Origin: Candidatus Bathyarchaeota archaeon
Lineage (GTDB): Archaea > Thermoproteota > Bathyarchaeia > Bathyarchaeales > Bathyarchaeaceae
Reading direction: 5' to 3'
Assembly (NCBI GenBank): GCA_963772765.1
Contig: CAVYYP010000013.1
Span: 186,059 to 250,058, forward strand
Length of the DNA: 64,000 bases
Position numbers and translations under genes: made by a program. The notes under the pieces are model-generated. The model did no database searches. It saw nothing but the letters and a program-made list of their open reading frames with translations, and was not told where the DNA came from. Numbering within the stretch: position 1 is the first letter of the stretch; each line of letters starts with the position of its first letter. This document shows, one piece after another, positions 52,132-62,248 of this stretch.

Positions 52132-53077
52132 CCTCTTGGATAGGCAAAAACTTGTTGAACGAGCTTACCAAAAAGGAAACAAACTCAATCTAAACAATGA
52201 TACCTATATTGCTAGGTTGAATGCTTTTTTTGAAAAAGAATATCTTGATGACATTGGAGACGGCGATGCAACTAGCAAAGCGATTCTAACAAAAAATGAG
52301 CCAAAAAAAGCTGTCTTGAAAGCAAAAGCATCAGGAATCATAAGTGGGCTTGAAGAAGTAAGCTGGTTTCTTCGAAAACATAGGTTAGACGTAAAACGTC
52401 ACAAAAAAGATGGCAATGAAATTTTTAATGGAGATATTATTCTGGAGATTCAGGGCGGACAAAAAGACATCTTGGCGACAGAACGAATAGCCTTGAATGT
52501 TTTACAACGAATGTCTGGAATTTCCACAGAAACAAGGCGCTTAGTTGACTTGCTGAAAGACTATAACACTAGAATAGCTGCAACCAGAAAAACACTTTTG
52601 CGTTATCTTGACAAGAAAGCTGTCTTTTTGGGAGGTGGTTTAACTCATCGTTTTGGGCTCTGGGATTCCATTCTGATTAAAGACAATCATCTTGAAACAT
52701 TAAAACGGGAATTCAAAGAAGATTATATTGAGGCTGCAATAGCCCGTGCCTCAGCATTTTCAAATAAGGTTGATTTCATAGAAATTGAAGTCACATCAAC
52801 CGAAGATGCCTTACGGGCGGCAAGGAGCTTTAAAGGTTTGATTTTTAAAATTCCATGTGTTATAATGCTTGATAACATGGCTCCTTCAATGATTGATGGG
52901 ACCCTTGAGACTCTTCGTGAAAACAATCTTTATGATTTTGCGCTTTTGGAAGCTTCAGGCGCCATAACACCAGATAACATACAAGAATATGCAAAAACTG
53001 GCGTCGATGTTATTTCTCTGGGGTACTTAACCCATTCTGTTCATGCTTTAGATATGAGCTTGGAGATGACGCTTTGA
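52121..53077 (+). CDS. nadC: Nicotinate-nucleotide pyrophosphorylase
   Basis: TRKT, LIKDNH, MLDN and EASG motifs. Confidence 0.94.
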   Translation: MWLDLLDRQKLVERAYQKGNKLNLNNDTYIARLNAFFEKEYLDDIGDGDATSKAILTKNEPKKAVLKAKASGIISGLEEVSWFLRKHRLDVKRHKKDGNEIFNGDIILEIQGGQKDILATERIALNVLQRMSGISTETRRLVDLLKDYNTRIAATRKTLLRYLDKKAVFLGGGLTHRFGLWDSILIKDNHLETLKREFKEDYIEAAIARASAFSNKVDFIEIEVTSTEDALRAARSFKGLIFKIPCVIMLDNMAPSMIDGTLETLRENNLYDFALLEASGAITPDNIQEYAKTGVDVISLGYLTHSVHALDMSLEMTL

Positions 53078-54633
53078 ACACTGATTTTTTAGTTGTCGGA
53101 AGCGGCATAGCAGGTTTGAATTTTGCCTTAAAAACAGCCAAATATGGAAAGGTAACAATTGTCACAAAAAAAGAAATAATGGAATCCAATACCAACCTAG
53201 CTCAAGGTGGTATAGCTGCTGTAACACAAAAAAGCGATTCAATTGAACTGCACATCGAAGACACTCTAACTGTTGGTTCTGGTTTATCCAACAAGCGGAT
53301 AGTAAAACTTCTTGCGGAACATGGTCCAGAAGCAATCAGGAATCTGCTATCTTTTGGGGTAAACTTTGACAAAAAAAACAATAAACTTCACCTGACAACC
53401 GAAGGCGGACATAGCATGGCACGAGTACTCCATTCTGGAGACTCGACGGGCAAAGAAATAGAACAAACAATGACAGAATGTGTCCGTGAAAACAAAAATA
53501 TCAAAGTTTTCGAAAACTGTTTTGCAATAGATCTTATTATATCTCAACAAAAATGTGTTGGTGCAAAAATTTTAGACATAAAGAACAGAGCTGTCTGTGA
53601 CATCTTTGCACGGGTAACAATATTGGCTACTGGTGGAATCGGCTACATTTACCAGAATACGACAAATCCTGAAATTGCTACTGGCGATGGAATAGCTATG
53701 GCCCTACGGGCAGGGGCTACAATTGAAGATATGGAGTTTGTGCAGTTTCATCCTACTACTCTGAACAAGCTGGGTGCGCCTCATTTTTTGATTTCTGAAT
53801 CTCTTCGTGGCGAGGGTGCGATTCTAGTAAATGAAGCTGGGAAGCGATTCATGCTAGATTATGATAGTATGGGAGAGCTTGCTCCCCGAGATATTATATC
53901 CAGAACCATATTTAATGAACTCAAGAAGGGATCCGTTTATTTGGACATTCGCCATAAAGGAAAGAATTTCATTTTGGATCGTTTTCCAATGATTTACCAA
54001 GAATGCTTGAAGTATGACATAGACCTTACAGAGGATTTGATACCTGTTTCTCCAGCAGCGCATTATATCTGTGGAGGAATTAAAACAAACGAGTACGGAG
54101 AAACTTCCGTGGAAAATTTGTTGGCTTTTGGTGAATGCGCTTGCACAGGAGTGCATGGAGCTAACAGATTGGCGAGTAACTCTTTGCTAGAATCTGTTGT
54201 TTTCTCTTCTCTGGGAGCAGAAAAGGCAAAAAATTATCTCAAGAACGAAATCGATGCACCTTTGCAACAAAAAGAAACAGTCTCTAACATAGAAACTCAG
54301 GAACTTGATTATCTTAAATCAGACTTAAGAAAAGCAATGTGGGACTACGTTGGAATAATCCGCAACGAAGAACAAATGGAGTTTATGCTCAAAAAACTGG
54401 AACATCAAAACACAAGATTAGCTACAATTGCCAAAAATGGTGTAAATACACGCGTTCTTGAACTAAAAAATATACTAACAGTATCAAATCTGGTCACAAA
54501 AGCTGCATATATCCGAAAAGAAAGTCGAGGAACCCATTTCAGAGAAGATTATCCAAAAACTGACGACAAAAATTGGCTAAAACACATCTGTTTTGAACAA
54601 ACAAATCAAAAACTTCATACCTGCTTCACTTGA
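53074..54633 (+). CDS. nadB: L-aspartate oxidase
   Basis: GSGIAG, AQGGIAA, QFHPT and HGANRLASNSLLE motifs. Confidence 0.94.
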   Translation: MNTDFLVVGSGIAGLNFALKTAKYGKVTIVTKKEIMESNTNLAQGGIAAVTQKSDSIELHIEDTLTVGSGLSNKRIVKLLAEHGPEAIRNLLSFGVNFDKKNNKLHLTTEGGHSMARVLHSGDSTGKEIEQTMTECVRENKNIKVFENCFAIDLIISQQKCVGAKILDIKNRAVCDIFARVTILATGGIGYIYQNTTNPEIATGDGIAMALRAGATIEDMEFVQFHPTTLNKLGAPHFLISESLRGEGAILVNEAGKRFMLDYDSMGELAPRDIISRTIFNELKKGSVYLDIRHKGKNFILDRFPMIYQECLKYDIDLTEDLIPVSPAAHYICGGIKTNEYGETSVENLLAFGECACTGVHGANRLASNSLLESVVFSSLGAEKAKNYLKNEIDAPLQQKETVSNIETQELDYLKSDLRKAMWDYVGIIRNEEQMEFMLKKLEHQNTRLATIAKNGVNTRVLELKNILTVSNLVTKAAYIRKESRGTHFREDYPKTDDKNWLKHICFEQTNQKLHTCFT

Positions 54634-54651
54634 CGGTTCTTTTGTTGCTAT

Positions 54652-54668
54652 GCGAAAGTGCTTTTAAG
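54652..54668 (+). promoter_or_regulatory. BRE/TATA box of tRNA-Ser
   Basis: GCGAAAGTG-CTTTTAAG about 30 nt upstream of the tRNA 5' end. Confidence 0.55.
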
Positions 54669-54694
54669 CGGCAGCAATCTCTACTTTTTTGGTT

Positions 54695-54804
54695 GCCGGG
54701 GTGACAGAGCGGTAATGTGCCGGTCTCGAAATGACTCCACATGAGTTAGAAGATAACCGGTGGTGCTATGCGCCACAAGGGTTCAAATCCCTTCCCCGGC
54801 GCCA
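54695..54804 (+). tRNA. tRNA-Ser(CGA) with a 24-nt canonical (37/38) intron at 54731-54754
   Basis: Acceptor stem GCCGGGG/CCCCGGC, anticodon stem CCGGT/ACCGG, loop CT-CGA-A|intron|A, long variable arm, GTTCAAATCC, GCCA end. Confidence 0.93.
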
Positions 54805-54819
54805 TTCATTTTCAAATAA

Positions 54820-55342
54820 TTATAATCGTGACTTCTTTTTCGGCTTTCGTTTAAGTTCTGTTCCGCAGACCTCGCATGACTTGAATTTGTAATCAGGAGG
54901 GTATTTGTGGTAGCAGGCAGGGCAGGTACAGAATCCATTTGAAGCGAAACTTGATTCCGAAAGTCATTAATGACGAGAATTCTACCTCTATTTTGTTAGC
55001 TACATTCTGTATAGAATAATCGTCTGTAACAACTAATGGATTTAGACCTTTTTCTTTTAGTTCTAACGCTAACGCCAAAACCTGTAAATCTGCATCCGAG
55101 AGATAGCGCATATCACCCACCTTTTTGGAAGCATCCAAAACCTGTTGAAAAACCGACTCTTTTGGACTTAGAATCATAACTTTTCCATTTTCAATTGCTG
55201 CGTTGAACCGTATCCATGGCATAGACCCTACAGTGAGTTCATTTTTGACCTCAGGAACCGTGTATTGCTCATTTGGGACTGCAAGCGGGTCATAACCTGC
55301 AATAAATGCTGAGGTATCCAGAACTATCGCTTTTTCTTTCAA
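54820..55342 (-). CDS. nob1: Nob1-like PIN endonuclease with zinc ribbon (+1 frameshift near 54927)
   Basis: VLDTSAF, LSDAD and TDDYSIQN motifs; corrected C-terminus WILYCPAC...CEVCGTELKRK. Confidence 0.88.
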
Positions 55343-55494
55343 GAGCTTTCCCCATCTCTGCAGACATTCATTATGAAAAATGGGATTACTTGCTATTTTA
55401 CGTTGCTAGCATCTGGCTGTTTATTGCCTATTTTAGGCGATAGATTATTAACGAAGAAATGTGTGAAATTCTTCTATCAGGAGAACTGGATAAT

Positions 55495-55890
55495 ATGAGT
55501 AAACCTATGGATGTGGGTGAACTAAAAGTCGGCAGCTACATAATCATAGACGGTGAACCATGCAAAATAGTAAGCTACAGTAAATCAAAGCCTGGAAAAC
55601 ATGGCGCAGCAAAGGCGCGCATCGTAGCCATAGGCGTTTTTAACGAAGCAAAAAAAACTATCGTAAAGCCAGTGAGTGCACAGGTTGACGTTCCTATCCT
55701 CGATAAAAACACTGGTCAAGTCATCGCCTTGTTGCCTTCGGCTGTTCAGTTAATGGATTTAGAAACTTACGCAATGACTGAAGCACCATATCCTGAAGAC
55801 GAAGACTTGAAAGCTAAATTGGCTACTGGTGTTGAAGTTGAGTACTGGCAAATTCTGGGACGAACCAGAATAACCCGCACAAAGGGTTAA
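55495..55890 (+). CDS. eif5a: Translation factor eIF5A (aIF5A)
   Basis: SKPGKHGAAK hypusination motif. Confidence 0.96.
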   Translation: MSKPMDVGELKVGSYIIIDGEPCKIVSYSKSKPGKHGAAKARIVAIGVFNEAKKTIVKPVSAQVDVPILDKNTGQVIALLPSAVQLMDLETYAMTEAPYPEDEDLKAKLATGVEVEYWQILGRTRITRTKG

Positions 55891-55985
55891 CCCTCTTTTC
55901 TTTAGCCAGAACCTTTCTGGTATAGGTAACTACCTTTTTAAAATGCTAATCACAACTTTAGTACTACAATTGTGGCGGATAATAT

Positions 55986-56924
55986 TTGAAGCGCGTAAAA
56001 CATATACAACTAGGCAATAGCTTAACTGTCGGCGCCCTTGTTTCCGAAATGAATAAATGTGGAGTTCTTGGTGCCGGAAACATCGGTAAAGCAGCAGAGA
56101 TTGTAACAGAAATGTTCAGTGACCCTGATTATACCGTATTTTTGACTCTGGCTGGTCCTCTAGTGCCTGGAGGAATGCGGCAGATAATACGGGATCTTAT
56201 CGAGCAAGAATATGTTAATGCGATTGTAACAACTGGCGCAAACATGGTTCATGATATGGTGGAATCGCTTGGGCACCGTCATTGGATCGGAACCTTTCTT
56301 GCAGAAGATGAAGAACTTAAAGACAAGGACATTGGACGAATAGGCGATATTTACATTGAACAGAACGCCTTCAAAAGTTTAGAAGACTGGATATACAAAA
56401 CTCTTGAAAATATACCTGAAAAAAAGAGAGAACGAATATCCACCACCGAGCTTCTTTCTGAAATCGGGAAAAACATCACTGACCCCAATTCCATACTCGC
56501 CACTGCAGCAAAAAAACGAGTCCCCATCATAAGCCCCGGAATAGTGGATTCTATAGCTGGCTTTCACATGTGGATGTATGGCCAAGACAAAAAATTGAGA
56601 ATAGATCCACTTCTTGACACCCACACAATCGTGGACATTGTTTATGATGCAAAAAAAGTAGGAATGATAATCTTAGGAGGAGGCTGGCCAAAACATTATG
56701 CGCTATTTGCAAACACCTTCAGAGAAGGCGTGGACCGTGCAATCCAGATTACCATGGACCGCCCCGAACCTGGCGGTTTAAGTGGAGCTACATTGAAAGA
56801 AGCGATTAGCTGGGGGAAGGTGAAACCTGAAGGAAAAGAAGTAACAGTCATCTGCGACGCTACTATCGCTTTTCCATTGATTATTGCTTCTGCCTTAGAA
56901 AAAGTCAGCAAAACTCAGAGCTAA
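55986..56924 (+). CDS. dys: Deoxyhypusine synthase
   Basis: TTGANMVHD and GGLSGATLKEAISWGK motifs; adjacent to eIF5A. Confidence 0.95.
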   Translation: MKRVKHIQLGNSLTVGALVSEMNKCGVLGAGNIGKAAEIVTEMFSDPDYTVFLTLAGPLVPGGMRQIIRDLIEQEYVNAIVTTGANMVHDMVESLGHRHWIGTFLAEDEELKDKDIGRIGDIYIEQNAFKSLEDWIYKTLENIPEKKRERISTTELLSEIGKNITDPNSILATAAKKRVPIISPGIVDSIAGFHMWMYGQDKKLRIDPLLDTHTIVDIVYDAKKVGMIILGGGWPKHYALFANTFREGVDRAIQITMDRPEPGGLSGATLKEAISWGKVKPEGKEVTVICDATIAFPLIIASALEKVSKTQS

Positions 56925-56975
56925 CCACGTTTTTGGCAACACTGACCTACGAGAGTCTTTGATGCTGACCTATTT

Positions 56976-57425
56976 TCATTCATTCTGGAATTCATGAATC
57001 TTCTTTCTTGGAAGCCTCAATTCTAAGATGCCGTTTTCACAGGAGACTTTCATTTTTTCAGTGTCAACTTCTACATCTATGCGTCCTTGGCAACGTAGAA
57101 ACGTAAATTCTCCTCGTCTGTGGCATATGCCCAAATCTGTGAATTGTATTTTTTTCTTCATTTTGGCTGTAATTTCGATAAAGTTTCCGTTAATTGATTC
57201 AACTTTTATGGTTTCAGGTTCAATGTTTGGGAGATCAGCTGTGACAATAACTTCTCTGGGGGTTATGAAAATGTTAGAGAGTGCTTGAAGGCAACAAGTT
57301 TCTGTATTCCAGCTGGGACCTTCTGCAGTAGCATAGCTCATGAGCTTGTCTGTCAGTGTGTTAAGTTCTTCTAAGTACTCATCAAGTGAACGTAGTTCTG
57401 TAATCTTTCGTGGTTTCTTGGACAT
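56976..57425 (-). CDS. Hsp20/alpha-crystallin-domain protein (divergent)
   Basis: VTADLPNI...ENGILELRLP. Confidence 0.78.
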   Translation of the reverse strand: MSKKPRKITELRSLDEYLEELNTLTDKLMSYATAEGPSWNTETCCLQALSNIFITPREVIVTADLPNIEPETIKVESINGNFIEITAKMKKKIQFTDLGICHRRGEFTFLRCQGRIDVEVDTEKMKVSCENGILELRLPRKKIHEFQNE

Positions 57426-57438
57426 TAATATCTCCTCA

Positions 57439-58182
57439 TTAAACATATAATGGTGAATCATATTCCTGAGATTTTTGCATACGCTTCATTTCTTGTTGAG
57501 TGCGCTTCATCATATCTCTTGCTTTCAATCGAATCTCTTCGCCTTTTTCAAGAAGCTTGGAGGTGTCAACTTTAACATCTGAAATCTTTGACAACTCTTT
57601 TAGCGCTATTGCCGCAGCCTGTGGATCCGGGTAATTGTAGAATGATTGAGCTAAAATTGCTATTGATGGAACATTCTTACCGACACTATATCTCATGCTA
57701 AGTGCTTGAGGTCCAGCTATATATCCTTCATTTAGGCTTTTCAGCCCATTTTTTGCCAATGTATCAAGCACTTCTTGATTAGATGCAGCAGCAAAAACTT
57801 CAGGTTCCTTAATTGATTGTCTATTTTCTACAGGAATTCCTCCCATAGCAATTATTCTCTTGACTTTCTTTGCTTGCCCCCAATTCACTATCTCCCGCAT
57901 TATAGTATATAGTGCTGGTGCGGGAATAGCCAATTCTGAGACAATTGCAAGGATGTTTTCGTTTCCATATATTCGAAGAGGTGAATGTGGTAATCCTTTG
58001 TGTAATACAACTACTGGAGGAAGCAAGTCTGAGTCCATGTAAGCAACCTCCTCTAAATCGAGTTCGGATATAATGTATGATGTTGCTATGAGGCCTACAA
58101 GACCCACATCTGGGAGTCCAATTATCATTGTAGTGTCAGTTGATATGGGTTTCGTTTCTACAATTTTCACTTCTTCTAACAA
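57439..58182 (-). CDS. PAC2-family proteasome assembly chaperone
   Basis: GLPDVGLVGLIA, PLRIY and PDPQAA motifs; C-terminal HbYX-like LYV. Confidence 0.88.
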   Translation of the reverse strand: MLEEVKIVETKPISTDTTMIIGLPDVGLVGLIATSYIISELDLEEVAYMDSDLLPPVVVLHKGLPHSPLRIYGNENILAIVSELAIPAPALYTIMREIVNWGQAKKVKRIIAMGGIPVENRQSIKEPEVFAAASNQEVLDTLAKNGLKSLNEGYIAGPQALSMRYSVGKNVPSIAILAQSFYNYPDPQAAAIALKELSKISDVKVDTSKLLEKGEEIRLKARDMMKRTQQEMKRMQKSQEYDSPLYV

Positions 58183-58285
58183 AAACCATTCCCCATTTAG
58201 GATATCTTTAACTAAGAGAAAAGAATTATGCTACAAAACTAAATACCTATAAAAGGCAAATTAATTTTTTAAGTGGGAGAAAATC

Positions 58286-59611
58286 ATGGTTCTGGAACGT
58301 CTCGGCTCCTCACTAAACGATGCTCTTAAGAAGGTTTTCAAAGCGCCAGTTATGGACGAGAAGACCGTAAAAGAGCTTGTTCGTGACATTCAAAGAGCAC
58401 TACTACAAGCCGACGTCAATGTCAAGCTAGTTCTTGAAGTTTCGAAAAGAATTGAAGAGCGGGCACTAAAAGAAAAAGTTCCGCCAGGCGTTTCTAGAAG
58501 AGAACATGTAGTAAAAGTAGTATACGAAGAGTTAACCCGATTTTTAGGCGAAAAATCTGCCTCAGTGAAAATAGAACCAGGGAAACGAAAAATTCTGATG
58601 CTTGTAGGAATCCAAGGTTCTGGAAAGACAACGGCATCAGGAAAATTGGCTAAATTTTTCCAAAAACGAGGTCTAAAAACTGCTTTGGTATGTACTGACA
58701 CTTACAGACCTGGAGCATATGATCAGCTAAAACAATTGGCAAGCAGGGCAAACATTTCTGTATATGGTGAACCAAACGAAAAGAAATCTGAAAAGATTGC
58801 TTTGAGGGGCCTGAAGCAATTCACGGATTATGATCTTGTAATTATTGACACTGCAGGTCGTCACAAGGAAGAAAAAGGCTTGATTGATGAGATGAAACGC
58901 CTCGAGAAAGTGATCAAGCCAGATGAAACGATTTTGGTTATCGATGGAACCATTGGGCAACAAGCAGCTTTACAGGCTAAGGCGCTCCACGATGCTACTC
59001 CAATCGGTTCTATTTTGGTTTCAAAGCTGGACGGTTCAGCCAGAGGAGGTGGTGCTCTTTCTGCAGTTGCGGCTATTGGTGCGCCGATAAAGTTCATAAG
59101 TTCAGGTGAAAAGCTTGGTGATATTGAACAGTTTGTTCCTTCACGTTTTGTAGGCAGACTGCTTGGTATGGGCGACCTTCAGAGCCTAGTTGATAAAGTT
59201 CGTGATGCCGAAGTTAAGGTGCCTGAAAAGAAAGTTCGCGCCTTTATGAGCGGAAAATTCACTCTCACAGACATGTATGAACAGTTTGAGTCTATGAAGA
59301 AAATGGGTCCTCTGAAGGGTCTATTGAAGATGATTCCAGGAATGAGTTACAATATTCCTGAAGACAAGATGAATTTGGCTGAAGATGCACTCAAACGATG
59401 GCGTGTGATAATTCAGTCTATGACGCCAAAAGAGCGAGAGAAACCTAAGATTCTTTCATCGTCTCGAATACGAAGAGTTGCCCGCGGTTCAGGAACCTCA
59501 GAGAAAGAAGTAAAGGAACTGTTAACCCAATACAACAACATGAAAAAGATGATGAAAACATTCAGAAGAAAACGGATGCCATTCTTCGGAAAAGGATTGC
59601 CCTCGATGTAA
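58286..59611 (+). CDS. srp54: Signal recognition particle protein SRP54
   Basis: GIQGSGKTT, DTAGR, KLDGSARGGG and the M-domain RRVARGSG. Confidence 0.97.
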   Translation: MVLERLGSSLNDALKKVFKAPVMDEKTVKELVRDIQRALLQADVNVKLVLEVSKRIEERALKEKVPPGVSRREHVVKVVYEELTRFLGEKSASVKIEPGKRKILMLVGIQGSGKTTASGKLAKFFQKRGLKTALVCTDTYRPGAYDQLKQLASRANISVYGEPNEKKSEKIALRGLKQFTDYDLVIIDTAGRHKEEKGLIDEMKRLEKVIKPDETILVIDGTIGQQAALQAKALHDATPIGSILVSKLDGSARGGGALSAVAAIGAPIKFISSGEKLGDIEQFVPSRFVGRLLGMGDLQSLVDKVRDAEVKVPEKKVRAFMSGKFTLTDMYEQFESMKKMGPLKGLLKMIPGMSYNIPEDKMNLAEDALKRWRVIIQSMTPKEREKPKILSSSRIRRVARGSGTSEKEVKELLTQYNNMKKMMKTFRRKRMPFFGKGLPSM

Positions 59612-59651
59612 GAAATAATTTGGACATATTTGATAAAAAAGAGGAATTTTC

Positions 59652-60980
59652 GTGAATTTACTTGAAATGGCGCAAGAAATGCTTGAGGCACATCCTTTAT
59701 GTGACCACTGTTTTGGGCGACAGTTTGCGCTGCTTGGATATGGGCTTTCTGACCAAAAAAGAGGTGAAACACTAAAGCTCTTGCTCACCATGAAAAATCA
59801 TCAATTAGCACTGTCTGGTGAACAATCGGGCTTTTCAAACCTCAGGATATTGGCTGCAAACGGCTCTTTCGAAATGGCAGCAGAGATACTAAAAAACATG
59901 CGAAAACGGTCTAGAAAAAAGACGGAATGTTTCCTCTGTCAAGGTCTCTTCAATAGTGTAGATGTTCTGGTTCAAAATGCCTTGGAAGCACTTGAGACGT
60001 ATGAGTATGACACTTTTCTTGTTGGTATAGAACTTCCAACTGCGGTTGAGGAGCGGGAGGACGAGTTTAAGGCTCGCTTTGAAGTTGCACATGGCGAAAG
60101 TATGAAGAATGAATTCAGTCGTGAAATTGGAAAAAAGATTGTATTTGCATCAAATAAATTGGCTGATTACAAAAAGCCTGATGTTGTAGTGCTTATCCTG
60201 CCATTCACTGGAGAAGTCGTCATCCAGTCTAATCCTCTGTATGTTCGAGGGGAATACAAGAAGCTTGTTCGTGATATTCCACAATCAAAGTGGTTCTGCA
60301 GAACCTGTAGAGGTGAAGGTTGTTCAAAATGTAATGGGACAGGAAAAATGTATGCTCAATCAGTTGAGGAGATTGTTGCTGAACCTCTTTTAAAGCAAAC
60401 TGGGGGAGAAGACGTCGCCTTTCATGCCGCTGGAAGAGAAGACGTGGATGCACGAATGTTGGGAACTGGACGACCGTTTATCATGGAAATCAAGCGCCCC
60501 AAAAAACGGTTCATTTCCCTTCAGAGCATCACGAAGACTATTAATGAACAATCCCGTGGTAAAGTTGAGGTTTTGAATCTTTGTTTTGCAACTAAAGATG
60601 ACATTAAACGTTTGAAAAAGGGCGAAGGGTCAACAAAGGTTTACAAGGTTTTTATCGATTTTGATAGAGACGTTTCGGATGGAGAGTTGGCGGCTGCAGC
60701 AAAAAAGTTGTCGAAAGCTGTTATTCATCAGCAAACTCCTTTACGTGTTTTGCATCGAAGAGCTGACCTAGTTCGGGAAAAGTACATATATGAGGCGTAT
60801 CTTAAGAGGTTGGCGCCTAACCGCGCAGAGATGAAAATACGTTGCCAAGGAGGGCTTTATATTAAAGAGTTGGTAAGCGGCGATGAAGGACGAACTGTCC
60901 CTAGCATAGCCTCTATTATCAGCGCACAAGCAAAGCCTCTTGAGTTAGACGTTTTGAAAGTTATTATGGAGGAATCTTAA
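59652..60980 (+). CDS. pus10: tRNA pseudouridine(54/55) synthase Pus10
   Basis: LCDHCFGRQF, AGREDVDARMLG and GGLYIKEL motifs. Confidence 0.95.
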   Translation: MNLLEMAQEMLEAHPLCDHCFGRQFALLGYGLSDQKRGETLKLLLTMKNHQLALSGEQSGFSNLRILAANGSFEMAAEILKNMRKRSRKKTECFLCQGLFNSVDVLVQNALEALETYEYDTFLVGIELPTAVEEREDEFKARFEVAHGESMKNEFSREIGKKIVFASNKLADYKKPDVVVLILPFTGEVVIQSNPLYVRGEYKKLVRDIPQSKWFCRTCRGEGCSKCNGTGKMYAQSVEEIVAEPLLKQTGGEDVAFHAAGREDVDARMLGTGRPFIMEIKRPKKRFISLQSITKTINEQSRGKVEVLNLCFATKDDIKRLKKGEGSTKVYKVFIDFDRDVSDGELAAAAKKLSKAVIHQQTPLRVLHRRADLVREKYIYEAYLKRLAPNRAEMKIRCQGGLYIKELVSGDEGRTVPSIASIISAQAKPLELDVLKVIMEES

Positions 60981-60981
60981 G

Positions 60982-61281
60982 TTGGGAAGAAAAGCGAAAG
61001 GTTACCGTAGAAAAACCCGTTACCTCCTAAAGAGGAAGCCTAGAGAGCGGGGAAAGACAGGACTCAGTAAGGTATTACGCGAGTATGAAGCTGATGAAAA
61101 GGTTGTAATCAAACTTGATCCCAGTGTTCATAAGGGTATGCCCCATAGAAGGTTTCATGGAAAAATCGGTGTTGTTGCCGAAAAAAGGGGACGAAGTTAC
61201 GTCGTTAATGTATCCCAAGGTAATGCAGTTAAAGAAATAATTGTTCGCCCAGAGCACATTACTCCGCATAAGGGGGCATAA
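60982..61281 (+). CDS. rpl21e: 50S ribosomal protein L21e
   Basis: HKGMPHRRFHGKIG motif. Confidence 0.96.
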   Translation: MGRKAKGYRRKTRYLLKRKPRERGKTGLSKVLREYEADEKVVIKLDPSVHKGMPHRRFHGKIGVVAEKRGRSYVVNVSQGNAVKEIIVRPEHITPHKGA

Positions 61282-61284
61282 ATC

Positions 61285-61623
61285 TTGGCACGAAAGGCTC
61301 TGAAGGAACGTACAATCACTGTTCCACAAGTAAAAGAAGCCTTAGAATCTATCGGTGAGGAGCAACTGGACCAGTTTCAACGGCGCTCCCTTGATTATGC
61401 CACAAAATTTGCTAAAGTGGAACCTACTGCAGTTGACACTCTGCTAAAGAAGCTTGTTGACGATTTCGAAGTAGACGAAGAAGAGGCTGTTCAAATAATA
61501 AATGCTATGCCAGAGAGCATTCAAGAGATTAGAGTGTTTTTGGCTGGGGGTAGAAAGATAATTGAGACCTCAAAATTAGAAAAAATACTGGCTTTTTTGA
61601 ACAAATATAGAAAAAAGGAATAA
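61285..61623 (+). CDS. rpo4: RNA polymerase subunit Rpo4 (RpoF)
   Basis: Q.R.LDY..KFAK...AVQIINAMP pattern; conserved position after L21e. Confidence 0.9.
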   Translation: MARKALKERTITVPQVKEALESIGEEQLDQFQRRSLDYATKFAKVEPTAVDTLLKKLVDDFEVDEEEAVQIINAMPESIQEIRVFLAGGRKIIETSKLEKILAFLNKYRKKE

Positions 61624-61684
61624 AGGACTTTTTCTATCTATATAGCATCTAAACTAATTGTAACCATTTCGGGGGCAGGAAACT

Positions 61685-62248
61685 TTGGAAAGGAGTGAGA
61701 AGAGATACGAAGAATATGCATACGTTTTGGATTATCTTCCTCATGGACGTCCAGGGGCACATCCAGGATACCGAGCAGGCGCACTAGTTCAGGTTGTGGG
61801 AGAAGAATACTTCACTTTTCTTGAGGCAATAGCTAGAGAAGGCATTACCCTAAAAACTGCCGACAGAGTCTATGTGGGAAAAGATTCTAGACGAAAAATA
61901 ACCTACATAATTGGACGCATAAACTATGACGATTTAACATCCAACGCTAAAATGGAACTCTCTGGAACAGTAGAAAAAATAGTGGTTAATCGAGAAAAAT
62001 GGTTCGTTAACTTCTTTAACACTGCACAGGCAATAACTCCCCGAATGCATGCTCTAGAACTGATTCCTGGCATTGGGAAAAAGTACATGTGGCAGATTCT
62101 TGATGAGAGAGAACGAAAACCTTTCCAGAATCTAGAGGATTTGCAGGAACGTGCTAACATGCCTAATCCTTCAAAACTTATTACGCGAAGAATTTTGGAG
62201 GAATTGGCTGGCGAGAGCAAATACCGGCTGTTTACGAGAGCTCCCTAG
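61685..62248 (+). CDS. DUF655-family HhH nucleic-acid-binding protein
   Basis: EEYAYVLDYL...RMHALELIPGIGKK. Confidence 0.9.
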   Translation: MERSEKRYEEYAYVLDYLPHGRPGAHPGYRAGALVQVVGEEYFTFLEAIAREGITLKTADRVYVGKDSRRKITYIIGRINYDDLTSNAKMELSGTVEKIVVNREKWFVNFFNTAQAITPRMHALELIPGIGKKYMWQILDERERKPFQNLEDLQERANMPNPSKLITRRILEELAGESKYRLFTRAP

